Positions 50,785-61,589 of a DNA stretch of 64,000 bases are shown here, one piece after another. Each line of letters begins with the position of its first letter. The stretch's first letter is position 1. The translations under genes and the position numbers were made by a program. The stretch comes from an uncultured delta proteobacterium (GTDB taxonomy: Bacteria > Myxococcota_A > Polyangia > Palsa-1104): assembly GCA_963785725.1 (NCBI GenBank), contig CAWAWS010000014.1:96001-160000 (forward strand), read 5' to 3'. Under the pieces are notes generated by a model. That model saw only the letters and a program-made list of their open reading frames with translations, was not told the origin of the DNA and did not search any database.

Positions 50785-52138
50785 ATGCGTTGGGCGCCAG
50801 CTCTGCTGCTGGGCTGTGTCGGACTGGCGGCCTGCAGCTTCACCGTCTCGGGCAGCCAAGGTACCGACCTAGGCTCTCCCGTGTTCGATCTGGGGGGCGC
50901 CGATTCTGACGCACGTCGTGCCGCCCGACATCGCCGGCAGCGGCTGCGCCAGCTGTCCCAACGCCTGCGACACGACGATGATGCCGCCGCGCTGCTTGCA
51001 CCTCGTGCCGACCGGACCCGTCGCCGCCTCCGACCTCACGACCGACGGCTTGAAGATGCAGTCGGTCAGCGCCGACATCGTCGTGAACACCGACACGGGC
51101 GCCATTTCGGGCGGCGTCACGCGCGCAGCCGGCAGCGGCGTCATCGGCGGCGTCGGCTTTCGCGTCGCGACGCAGGCGACCGGCCCGTCGGTCGGCGTGT
51201 TCAGCGTGGCCGGCTTGACCGTCGCCAACACCGCCACCATCAGCTTCACCGGCAGCAACGCGTTCGCGCTCGCATCGGCCGGCACGCTGACGATCCACGG
51301 CACCATCAACGGCTCGTGCGCCGGCCCGCAGAATCCCGGACCGGGCGCGTTCGCCGGCGCGACACCGACAACGATGGCCGGCGGACCGGGCGGCGGCGCG
51401 AACGGCGCCAGCGGCGCGCTCGGCGCGGCCAGCGGCGGCGGCGGCGGCGGCTTCGGCGATCTCGGCGGTAAAGGCGCGCAAGGCCCGACGCTGACGACGA
51501 CCGCCGGCGGCGGCATCTACGGCGACCTCACGACCGCGACGTTTACGCTCATCGGCGGCAGCGGCGGCGGCCTCGGCGGCAACGGCGGGCTCGGCGGTCC
51601 CGGCGGCGGCGCCGTGCAATTCTCCGTCGACGGCGACATCGAGATCGACGGCGTCATCACCGTCGGCGGCTGCGGCGGCTCGGGCGCGGCCGCCGGCGCC
51701 GGCGGCGGTGGCGGCGCCGGCGGCGCGATCGTGCTCGAAGGCGCGCAGATCGCGCTCGGCACCAGCTCGGTCGTGGCCGCGAACGGCGGCGGCGGTGGCG
51801 GCGCCGCGGTCACCGACGCGAGCGGCAACGGCGCCACCGGCAGCGCGTCGACGGCGCGCGCGCTCGGCGGCGTCGGCGCCGGCTTGGGCGGCTCGGGCGC
51901 GCTCGGCGGCGCCAGCGGCGGTCATCCCGGCCTGCACTTGACCCAAGGCGGCGACGCGCCGGCGCTGGTGGGGCTACAGAACGCGGGCGGCGGCGGTGGT
52001 GGCGGCTCGGGACGCATCGCGCTGCGCGCTTACATGAAGCACATCGACGATCAATCGACCGCGGTGACGCCCGATCTGACGGACACGAATGCTGCCGGCA
52101 CGCATCAGACAAGCTACGACACGGCCACGTTCCAATAG
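50785..52138 (+). CDS. Gly-rich surface lipoprotein (frameshift near 50905)
   Basis: Lipobox LAAC in the 50785 frame; continues in the 50918 frame with GGSGGG, GGGAGGAI, GGGSGRI repeats. Confidence 0.72.
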
Positions 52139-52161
52139 CGAAGACGATGTTGTAGTAGTCG

Positions 52162-52812
52162 TTAGGCGGCGCGGCGGGGCGCGTCGTCGTCGGCTTGTGG
52201 GGCTTGGCCGGCGAGCGCGAGCAGCTTCGAGCGCAGCTTGTTCTTCTTCGAATAGACCGTCTTGACGCTGATGTTCATCGCCGTCGCCACCTCTTCCGGC
52301 AACAGGCCCGCGCCATAATAGAGCTCGACGAAGCGACGATCGCGCTCGCTGAAATCGGCCAACAGCGCGTTCAAGTAGTGCCAGCGCTCCTTCTCGAGCA
52401 CGGTGTCGAGCGCCGACGGATCGTCCCCCGCGCGTTCGACGGCGCCGTCGAGCCGATCGAGCAGCGGACGGCGCGAGGTCTGGCGCAAGTAGTCGTAAGC
52501 CGTATTGATCGCGAGCAGGCCCAGCCACGAGCCGAGCTTGGCGCCGCGCGTCGCGTCGTAAGCGCGCAGCTTGCGCATGTCGTCGCGCAGGAGGTTGAAG
52601 CAGACGTCGCCGAAGATCTCGTTGACGTCTTCGTTGGAAAGAACGGCGTCGTATTTGCCGGCCACTTTGCCGATGCAGCGGAAGACGAGGCCGCGAAAGC
52701 GCCGTAACAGCTCGTTCCAGGCCACCTGATCGTTGTCGAGGACGCTGGCCAAGAGCTGGCCGTCCGGTAGCGCGCGATAATCCAACTCCAAGCTGACATG
52801 CAAAGCGCCCAT
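52162..52812 (-). CDS. ECF sigma-70 family sigma factor
   Basis: Region 2 (AWNELLRRF...SWLGLLAINTAYDYLR) and region 4 HTH (EEVATAMNISVKTVYS). Confidence 0.9.
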   Translation of the reverse strand: MGALHVSLELDYRALPDGQLLASVLDNDQVAWNELLRRFRGLVFRCIGKVAGKYDAVLSNEDVNEIFGDVCFNLLRDDMRKLRAYDATRGAKLGSWLGLLAINTAYDYLRQTSRRPLLDRLDGAVERAGDDPSALDTVLEKERWHYLNALLADFSERDRRFVELYYGAGLLPEEVATAMNISVKTVYSKKNKLRSKLLALAGQAPQADDDAPRRAA

Positions 52813-53127
52813 GTTCGGAACCTCTCGTTTCGCTCAGCCGCTACTTACGCAAGCCCGAGGCCGAAAGTTCTTTTCCGCGCGCCGATCGCGGAAGTCGGCG
52901 GCGTCCGCGGCTTTCGTGCGGCGCGGCGTGCCTGGTCGCACAGCGTGCGCAGCGTCAGTGGCGCCACCGACACGCTCCGGCGCGGCTTTTAGGACACATC
53001 GGCAATAACGCGCGGGCGAGCGCCGTTATTCATTTAACGGAGTGACTCGAAACTAGTGACGGTTTGAAGCGGAAATAAATTCGTATGCGAATGCGGCGCG
53101 AAATCGAGCGGAAATGATCAGCCGCTT

Positions 53128-54615
<1,488 letters not shown>

Positions 54616-54626
54616 CGTTTCTCCTG

Positions 54627-55406
54627 TCACAAGTAGCGATTGAACCAGTCGGCGGCGGCGTTGAACACGCGCTCGCGCTCGACGTCGAGGGTGATGCAGT
54701 GAAACGAGTCGTGCAGGACGACTTTGGCGTAGTCGGCGCTGCCGATGCGATGGGCGATGCCGTCCATGTTGTCGAACGGCACCGTGTGATCGAGCTCGGA
54801 GTGCATGAGGATCGCCGGCGTCTTGACGTCGCCCAGCTTGTCGCGCAGGTATTCGCCGAACTCGACCAGCGACGCGAGCGCGACGAGCGGCATGCCGGCG
54901 CGTCCTTGCGCTTCCGAGTTCTGCTTCTTCAGCTCCGGGTCGCGAATGTCGCTGCCGGCCAACTTCGGCAACGACGCGCGCCGCAGCATCGGAATGCGCA
55001 TCATCGTCTTGGCGAACTGAATCGCTTGCGGCTGTAGCCACAGCGGCGCCGACATGACGCAGATAGCGGCGATGTCGCTCGCATGATGGCGCGCCAGCTC
55101 CAGCGTCACGAGCCCGCCCATCGACAGCCCAGCGACGGCGACCGGCTTGTCGCCGACGCGCGCACGCAGCCGCGCCAGCGCCGTTTCCGCCGAGGCATAC
55201 CAATCGTGCCAGGTCGTCTTGGCCAGATCCTTGGTCGTGCCGCCGTGGCCGGCCAAGCGCACGCCTTCGACGGCAAAGCCGCGGCGCGCCAGATCTTCGC
55301 CCATGAGGCGCATCTCGAAGGGCGTGCCGGTGAACCCGTGCACGACGAGCACACCCTTCGTCCCCGGGCTTTGCGGCCCTAATGAAAATGGCTCTGCATC
55401 TACCAC
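54627..55406 (-). CDS. Alpha/beta hydrolase (carboxylesterase / monoacylglycerol lipase-like)
   Basis: HGFTG, GHG, GLSMGG nucleophile elbow, D (LDHTV), H (SFHC). Confidence 0.9.
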   Translation of the reverse strand: MVDAEPFSLGPQSPGTKGVLVVHGFTGTPFEMRLMGEDLARRGFAVEGVRLAGHGGTTKDLAKTTWHDWYASAETALARLRARVGDKPVAVAGLSMGGLVTLELARHHASDIAAICVMSAPLWLQPQAIQFAKTMMRIPMLRRASLPKLAGSDIRDPELKKQNSEAQGRAGMPLVALASLVEFGEYLRDKLGDVKTPAILMHSELDHTVPFDNMDGIAHRIGSADYAKVVLHDSFHCITLDVERERVFNAAADWFNRYL

Positions 55407-55519
55407 GCGTACACCGTAGCTGTTTTCACGACGTGACGTCACGTTGACAGTAAGAGAATAGAAGATGTAAAAAGAAACGAGGAAGCTCGTGACCACCACG
55501 AGCAACCGCCTCCCCGCGC

Positions 55520-56404
55520 ATGGAAGATTGGAAGACGCGCATCACCCAGATACGCCCCGTCGAAAAACAGGCGGGCGATCCCGAACAGGCGTGCCTGGTG
55601 CTCATCTATCCGGCCGGCGCAGAGCTCGGGAAGCGCTACGAATTGGCGGGCACGAAAGAGGTCGTCATCGGCCGCGGCGGTGATTGCGACATCCAAGTCG
55701 ACCGCGACTCGGTCTCGCGCCGCCATGCGAAAGTGACGCGCGCCGGCGCCGGCTGGAAAGTCGAAGACCTCGGCTCGACCAACGGCAGCTACGTCAACGA
55801 CGCGCAGATCACGCAGTACACGTTGCGCGACGGCGATCTGCTCAAGATCGGCAACGCCATCTTCAAGTTCTTGGTCGGCGGCAACATCGAGACCGCCTAC
55901 CACGAAGAGATTTATCGCATGACCATCATCGATGGTCTGACGCAGGCGTTCAACAAGCGCTACTTCGTGGAGAATCTCGAGAAGGAGATCCCGCGCTGCA
56001 CGCGTCATCAGCGGCCGCTGTCGCTGGTCATGTTCGACATCGATCACTTCAAGAAGATCAACGACGAGCACGGCCACTTGACCGGCGACTACGTGCTCAA
56101 AGAGCTGGCGCGACGCGTGCGAACGCGCGTGCGCAAAGAAGAAGTGTTCGCGCGCTACGGCGGTGAGGAGTTCGCGTTGACCTTGCCCGAGACGTCGCGC
56201 GAGCAGGCCGTCAAAGTGTCCGAGGATCTGCGCAAGCTCGTCGGCAACGATCCCTTCGACTTCGAGGGCGACCGCATCCCGGTCACGGTGTCGCTGGGCG
56301 TGGCGACGATCGTCAACGAGGTCGCCGCCGACGCGTTCATCAAGAGCGCCGACGACAACCTCTACAAAGCCAAACGAAACGGCCGCAATCGCGTCGTCGG
56401 TTAG
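55520..56404 (+). CDS. FHA-GGDEF diguanylate cyclase
   Basis: FHA IGR...VSRRHA...DLGSTNG; DIDHFKKINDEHGH, RYGGEEF. Confidence 0.93.
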   Translation: MEDWKTRITQIRPVEKQAGDPEQACLVLIYPAGAELGKRYELAGTKEVVIGRGGDCDIQVDRDSVSRRHAKVTRAGAGWKVEDLGSTNGSYVNDAQITQYTLRDGDLLKIGNAIFKFLVGGNIETAYHEEIYRMTIIDGLTQAFNKRYFVENLEKEIPRCTRHQRPLSLVMFDIDHFKKINDEHGHLTGDYVLKELARRVRTRVRKEEVFARYGGEEFALTLPETSREQAVKVSEDLRKLVGNDPFDFEGDRIPVTVSLGVATIVNEVAADAFIKSADDNLYKAKRNGRNRVVG

Positions 56405-56621
56405 CCGTTTCGTCGCTCCGCTCGGGTTTTCGTTTCGCAGTCGTTCTTGACCGTTCTCGGTCGTCGTGCGGCGTCGCGTCATCCGTGGCGGCGGCTAAGT
56501 TTTTGCGGCCTTGCGTGATCGGTGCCACCCTACCTTGGGGGCAAAAGGGGAATTGTTGCAGGCGACTAGGGACAAGCAGCCGGCCCGAGGTGGCGCGCCC
56601 ACAGCGGCGTCGGCTTCCGCC

Positions 56622-58013
56622 GTGAGCACGCTGCGCCACGTCCTCGTCGTCGACGACGAGGAGAGCTTGCGGCACATGCTGACGGTGCTGCTCAAGCGCG
56701 AAGGCTACGAGGCGACCGCGGTCGCCTCGGGTGAGCAGGCGTTGGCCGAGCTCGAGCAGCGACCTTACGACGTCGTGCTCTCCGACATTCGCATGCCGAA
56801 GTTGGGCGGGCTCGAGCTCGTCGACGAGATCAAGAAGCGCGGCCTGTCGTGCACGGTGATCCTGATGTCGGCGTTCGGCTCGGTGGATGTCGCGATCGAG
56901 GCGATGAAGCGCGGCGCCTACGATTACGTCTCGAAGCCGTTTCGTCCCGACGAAGTGGTGCTCGTGCTCAAGAAGGCCGAGGAGCGCGAGAAGCTCTATC
57001 GCGAGAACCTGCAGCTCAAGCAGCAGCTGGCCAAGGCGTCGCAGTCGAACGAGACGCGCGGCTTGTCATCGATGATCGCGCGCGGTCCGCGGATGCAGGA
57101 AATTTTCCGCACGATCAAGAAGATCGCCGAATACAAAACGACCGTCCTCATCACCGGCGAGTCGGGCACCGGCAAAGAATTGGTCGCCCGCGCCGTGCAC
57201 GAGCAGTCGCCGCGCGCCAACGGGCCGTTCGTCGCCGTCAACTGCGGCGCCATCCCCGAGTCGCTCATCGAGTCGGAGCTGTTCGGGCACAAGCGCGGCG
57301 CCTTCACCGATGCCATCCGCGACAAGAAAGGGCTCTTCGAAGAGGCGTCGGGCGGCACCTTGTTCCTGGACGAGATCGGTGAGCTGCCGCTCGGTCCGCA
57401 GGTGAAGCTGCTGCGCGTCCTGCAGGAGCACGTCGTGCGTCCGGTCGGCGGCGTCGAAGACCTGAAGGTCGACGTGCGCATGGTGGCGGCGACCGTGCGC
57501 GACCTGCCGACCGAAGTGCGCGAAGGTCGGTTCCGCGAAGATTTGTTCTATCGTCTCAACGTCATCACGGTCGGTTTGCCGCCGTTGCGCGATCGGCGCG
57601 AGGACATCGCGCTGCTCGTGCACCACTTCGTCGATCGCACGAACGGCAAGCTCGGTACATCGATCGATGGAGTCAGCGCGGAGACCATGAAGCTGCTCAT
57701 GGACTACCGCTGGCCAGGCAACGTCCGCGAGCTCGAGAACACGATCGAACGGGCCATGGTGCTCAGCGACGGCAAGCGCATCGAGCCGGACGGGCTGCCG
57801 GAGAAAGTCCGCGAGAGCCGGGACCGGGTTCGGCTGTCACTGCAGTCGGGCGAGCTGTCGATCAAGAAGACGACGCGAATCATCGAGGAGGAGCTGATCC
57901 GCAAAGCCCTCCGCGAGACCAAGGGAAATAGAACTAACGCTGCGAAAATATTAGAGATTAGTCATCGGGCGCTGCTCTACAAGATCAAGGAGTACGCCAT
58001 CGATGACCGCTGA
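56622..58013 (+). CDS. Sigma-54-dependent response regulator (NtrC / PilR-like)
   Basis: REC (VVDDE, SDIRMP, KPF), GESGTGKE, GAFTDA, FLDEIGE, WPGNVREL, Fis HTH. Confidence 0.93.
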   Translation: MSTLRHVLVVDDEESLRHMLTVLLKREGYEATAVASGEQALAELEQRPYDVVLSDIRMPKLGGLELVDEIKKRGLSCTVILMSAFGSVDVAIEAMKRGAYDYVSKPFRPDEVVLVLKKAEEREKLYRENLQLKQQLAKASQSNETRGLSSMIARGPRMQEIFRTIKKIAEYKTTVLITGESGTGKELVARAVHEQSPRANGPFVAVNCGAIPESLIESELFGHKRGAFTDAIRDKKGLFEEASGGTLFLDEIGELPLGPQVKLLRVLQEHVVRPVGGVEDLKVDVRMVAATVRDLPTEVREGRFREDLFYRLNVITVGLPPLRDRREDIALLVHHFVDRTNGKLGTSIDGVSAETMKLLMDYRWPGNVRELENTIERAMVLSDGKRIEPDGLPEKVRESRDRVRLSLQSGELSIKKTTRIIEEELIRKALRETKGNRTNAAKILEISHRALLYKIKEYAIDDR

Positions 58014-58024
58014 AAACAGAAAAT

Positions 58025-58052
58025 TTGACGCGTGTCCTACCGGTAGTAAGAT
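58025..58052 (+). promoter_or_regulatory. Putative sigma-70 promoter of the HTH-pilMNOPQ operon
   Basis: TTGACG-N16-TAAGAT within an AT-rich intergenic stretch. Confidence 0.5.
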
Positions 58053-58146
58053 GTGGGATGAAGTGAGATGAAAGACTACTTAATTAAGTATCTTTTATAT
58101 TCTCTTGACGCTGAGGAGGATGCGATCCCATCATCTTCGTCGGCAG

Positions 58147-58455
58147 ATGGAAGCGCACGAGAAGAACGAACCGAAGTCGCCGGACGACGCCAAGGAGGAG
58201 GCGAAGCCTAGCCCGAGCGCACCTGTGCGCGCGGCGAAGGGGACCAAGGTGAAGAACAACGTCCGCAAGTTGCGGACGGAACGGATGATGAGCAAGGCGG
58301 AGCTCGCGCGGCGCGCCGCACTTTCAACGCTCACCATCGACCGGGTCGAGCGCGGCATGAAGGCGCGGATGGATACGAAGCGGAAGATCCTCGAAGCCCT
58401 CGGGTTGAAGCCGACGGATCGGGTCATGGTCTTCGGCGATGCGGAAGAAGACTAA
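58147..58455 (+). CDS. XRE-family HTH protein upstream of pilM
   Basis: NNVRKLRTERMMSKAELARRAALSTLTIDRVERG. Confidence 0.85.
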   Translation: MEAHEKNEPKSPDDAKEEAKPSPSAPVRAAKGTKVKNNVRKLRTERMMSKAELARRAALSTLTIDRVERGMKARMDTKRKILEALGLKPTDRVMVFGDAEED

Positions 58456-58504
58456 TAGGGCGTGAGCGTTTGCTCGCCGCGCCCGGTAGGAGAGGGTTGC
58501 GGCG

Positions 58505-59545
58505 ATGGCGAAGAATTGCATCGGCCTTGATCTGGGGAGCTCGGCCGTCAAGGTCACCCAGGTGAAGAAGAAGGGCAGCGGATTTCAGCTGCTGAACTTC
58601 GGCATCGAGCCCATCCCGCCGGACACCATCGTCGACGGTGCCATCCTCAACCACTCGGGCGTCGTAGATGCGGTCCGCGCGCTGTTCGAGCGGCTCAAGA
58701 TCAAGCAGAAGGAAGTCGCGCTCGCCATCTCGGGCAACGCGCTCATCATCAAGAAGATTTTCGTCCCGGCGATGACGCCGGACGAGCTCGAAGAGCAGGT
58801 ACCGTGGGAAGCCGAGCACCACATCCCGTTCAATCGTAACGACGTCGAGATCGACTATCAGGCGCTGGGCGGCAAGAACGCGCAGGGCCAGATGGAGCTG
58901 CTCTTGGTCGCGGCCAAGAAGGAAGTGGTCGCCGACTACGCGGCCGTCGCGCGCGAAGCGCAGCTGACGCCGGTCGTGGTCGATGTCGCCGCCTTCGCGG
59001 TGCAGAACGGCTTCGAGGCCGCGTACGGGCCGATGACCAACGAGGTCGTCGCGCTCATCAACGTCGGCGCCTCGTTATCCAACATTAATATACTGGCGGG
59101 TGGGACTTCGGCCTTCACGCGCGACGTCACCACCGGCGGCAACTCGTTCACCGACGACATCAAGCGTCATCTCGCGGTCTCCGGCGAAGAGGCCGAGGCG
59201 CTCAAGGTCGCCTACACCGAAGGTGACGCGTCGCAAGACGTGGGCCGCGTGTTGCAGATGACGTCGGCGCAGATGGCGGGCGAGTTCCAGAAGTCGATCG
59301 ACTTCTTCTTGGCCTCGCATCCCGACACGGCCATCGCCAAGATCTACTTGGCCGGTGGCTCGGCGCGCGTGCCGCCGTTGTTGAGCGCGATCGAGCAGCG
59401 CGCACGTGTGCCGGTCGAGATCATGGATCCCTTCCGCGACGCGTCGGCGGCGCACATCGATCCGGCGTTCCTGCGCTCGCACGGGCCGCAAGCGGTCGTG
59501 TCGCTCGGCCTCGCGCTGCGCTCGTCAGGGGACAAGTTCCAATGA
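58505..59545 (+). CDS. pilM: Type IV pilus assembly protein PilM
   Basis: IGLDLGSSAVK, IPF...VEIDY, LLVAAKK, LINVGA, LAGGSA, GLALR. Confidence 0.95.
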   Translation: MAKNCIGLDLGSSAVKVTQVKKKGSGFQLLNFGIEPIPPDTIVDGAILNHSGVVDAVRALFERLKIKQKEVALAISGNALIIKKIFVPAMTPDELEEQVPWEAEHHIPFNRNDVEIDYQALGGKNAQGQMELLLVAAKKEVVADYAAVAREAQLTPVVVDVAAFAVQNGFEAAYGPMTNEVVALINVGASLSNINILAGGTSAFTRDVTTGGNSFTDDIKRHLAVSGEEAEALKVAYTEGDASQDVGRVLQMTSAQMAGEFQKSIDFFLASHPDTAIAKIYLAGGSARVPPLLSAIEQRARVPVEIMDPFRDASAAHIDPAFLRSHGPQAVVSLGLALRSSGDKFQ

Positions 59546-59576
59546 TCGCGCGGGTGAAACGAGCGGTGGTGTACGC

Positions 59577-60212
59577 ATGATCAGGATCAACTTATTACCG
59601 GTCAAGGCGGCCAAGCGGCGCGAGCAGGGGCAGAAGCAGCTCCTCGCCGGCGCCGTCATCATTTCGCTGACGCTGGTCGGCATCATCGTCTTCCACGGCG
59701 CCGAGACGTCGAAGCTGGCGGCGCTGCGCGAGCACAACCAGCAGGTCTCGCACGACATCGCCAAGCTGAAGGCGGAGATCGGCGACTACGAGATCATCAA
59801 GGCGCAGCGCGACGAGCTGATCAGGCAGCGCGACGCCATTCGCCGGCTGCAGGCCAATCGCTCGGGCCCGACGTTCATGATGCGTGAGCTGTCCGACATT
59901 CTGACGCCGGGCAAAGGCCCGACGTTCAACAAAGAGCAGTACGAAGAGTCGATCAAGCGCGCGCCCGATGTCGGCTTCAACCCCAATTGGGACACGCGCC
60001 GCGCGTGGCTGCTGAGCTACATCGAAGAGAACCACGCCGTGAAGATCCATGGCGGCGCCAAGAGTGACGAAGACGTCGCCGAGTTCTTGAAGCGGCTCAA
60101 GGTGAGCGCGTTCTTCTCGGACGTCTACTGGCAGCAGACGCAGCCGCAGGTCGATTCGCGGCTCAACGTCTCGTTCGTGACCTTCGACGTGACGTGCCGG
60201 GTGAACTATTGA
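59577..60212 (+). CDS. pilN: Type IV pilus assembly protein PilN
   Basis: MIRINLLP motif, TM, coiled coil. Confidence 0.93.
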   Translation: MIRINLLPVKAAKRREQGQKQLLAGAVIISLTLVGIIVFHGAETSKLAALREHNQQVSHDIAKLKAEIGDYEIIKAQRDELIRQRDAIRRLQANRSGPTFMMRELSDILTPGKGPTFNKEQYEESIKRAPDVGFNPNWDTRRAWLLSYIEENHAVKIHGGAKSDEDVAEFLKRLKVSAFFSDVYWQQTQPQVDSRLNVSFVTFDVTCRVNY

Positions 60213-60244
60213 GCGCCGCGGCCCGAACGGAGATGAGGTAGGCG

Positions 60245-60886
60245 ATGCAGAACATCTTCGACAAGATCGCGTCGCTGCAGCTGCTGGCGAAGATCGGAAT
60301 CGCCGTCGGTGCGGTGCTTCTGTTGGTCGGCGGCTATTACTACTTCTTCTACGGCGACATGCTCGACGAGCAGGCGCAGCTGGAGAAAGATCGCGACCGG
60401 CTCGAGCGCGAAAAGAAGGACTACGAGAAGCGCAAGCAGGAGTATTTGGCCTTCCGCAACGAGGTCAACGCGCTGCTCGAGGAACAAAAGGAGCTGCTGC
60501 GCGTCCTACCGAAGCGCGACGACATCGAGCAGTTCATCGAGAGCGTGCAGGCGCAGATCGAGCTGTCGGGGTTGTCGAAGGTGTCGTCGATTCGCGACGC
60601 GGCGCAACCGGTGGAGATGTACATCAAGATTCCGATCAAGATGTCGCTCTCGGGCACTTATCACCAGATCAACCACTTCTTCAAACAGGTGGGCGATCTC
60701 AAGCGCATCGTGAATATCGAGAACTTGTCGCTGGAGCCGATGGCGCCGGCAGCGAACGCGCCGCTCGATCAGGCGAACCAGCTGAAGGCGAACTTCGTGG
60801 CGACGACGTTCCAGTTCGTCGACAAAGACGCCGGCGCCGGGCCGCACAAGACCGGCGTTTCGATCTCGACGGGTGGTCCCAAGTGA
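60245..60886 (+). CDS. pilO: Type IV pilus assembly protein PilO
   Basis: TM, coiled coil, LP, IPIKMSLSGTYHQI..FF..V..LKRIVNI. Confidence 0.92.
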   Translation: MQNIFDKIASLQLLAKIGIAVGAVLLLVGGYYYFFYGDMLDEQAQLEKDRDRLEREKKDYEKRKQEYLAFRNEVNALLEEQKELLRVLPKRDDIEQFIESVQAQIELSGLSKVSSIRDAAQPVEMYIKIPIKMSLSGTYHQINHFFKQVGDLKRIVNIENLSLEPMAPAANAPLDQANQLKANFVATTFQFVDKDAGAGPHKTGVSISTGGPK

Positions 60887-61473
60887 GCCGCTTCATCGTC
60901 TGGTCGTTGCCGCTGTTCCTGCTGATTGGCTGCAGCGGCGACGAGACCAGCAAAGGGCCGCCGCCGCCGCCGATGCCGCACGCGGGCGGGACGCCGGCGC
61001 CGACCGCGGCAGCGGGCGCGGCCGCCGCCGGCCAGCCGAGCGTCGATCAGTCGAAAGAGGCGCTGTTGGCCGAAGTGCGCAAGCGGCAGCTGACGAGCGA
61101 CGACTTCAAGGAGTCGCCGTCGAACCGCGATCCGTTCCGCTCGTTCTTGACGACGTTCGCGACGCAGGTGGTGAACGTCAAGCCGCAGCATCGCATCGTC
61201 CTCGAGAAGTTCGCGCTCGAGGAGCTCAAGCTCATCGCCATCGTCGGCGGCAACGGCGAGACGCCGAAGGCGATGTTCGTCGATCCGACGGGAATGGGCG
61301 TGACGGTGGTGCGTGGCGATCACGTCTCGAAGGTGGACGCGCTCGTGACGCGCGTGGCGCCCGATCGGGTCTTCTTTCAGCTGGAAGAGGACTTGGGCAA
61401 TGGCGGCAAGCCGAAGCTGAGCGAACGCGTGGTCGAGCTGCACGCGGGCGAGAACATCGGAGCAGGGCAATGA
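60883..61473 (+). CDS. pilP: Type IV pilus lipoprotein PilP
   Basis: Lipobox LIGC, RDPF, LEKFALEELKLIAI, AMFVDPTG. Confidence 0.92.
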   Translation: MSRFIVWSLPLFLLIGCSGDETSKGPPPPPMPHAGGTPAPTAAAGAAAAGQPSVDQSKEALLAEVRKRQLTSDDFKESPSNRDPFRSFLTTFATQVVNVKPQHRIVLEKFALEELKLIAIVGGNGETPKAMFVDPTGMGVTVVRGDHVSKVDALVTRVAPDRVFFQLEEDLGNGGKPKLSERVVELHAGENIGAGQ

Positions 61474-61533
61474 GCGACCGTCAGGGAGCGAATGTGAGCG
61501 ACCAGCCCGTAGGGCTAGCGGATCGGCGTTCTG

Positions 61534-61565
61534 GCTCGTTGACCTCTGAAAGAGGTCACACGAGC
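61534..61565 (+). other. Strong RNA hairpin in the pilP-pilQ intergenic region
   Basis: GCTCGTTGACCTCT-GAA-AGAGGTCACACGAGC, 14 bp with a single bulge. Confidence 0.6.
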
Positions 61566-61589
61566 AGCAAGACTCCCAAAGGAGCCTTC

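Noticed and set aside
52813..53127. AT-richer patch as foreign DNA or small ORF
   Set aside because: Short and located upstream of the ECF sigma gene; consistent with an ordinary promoter region
61460..61589. c-di-GMP riboswitch upstream of pilQ
   Set aside because: Hairpins are present but the GEMM consensus (GGCAAA...GAAA...GACGCAAAG) is not matched; an Rfam cmscan would settle it
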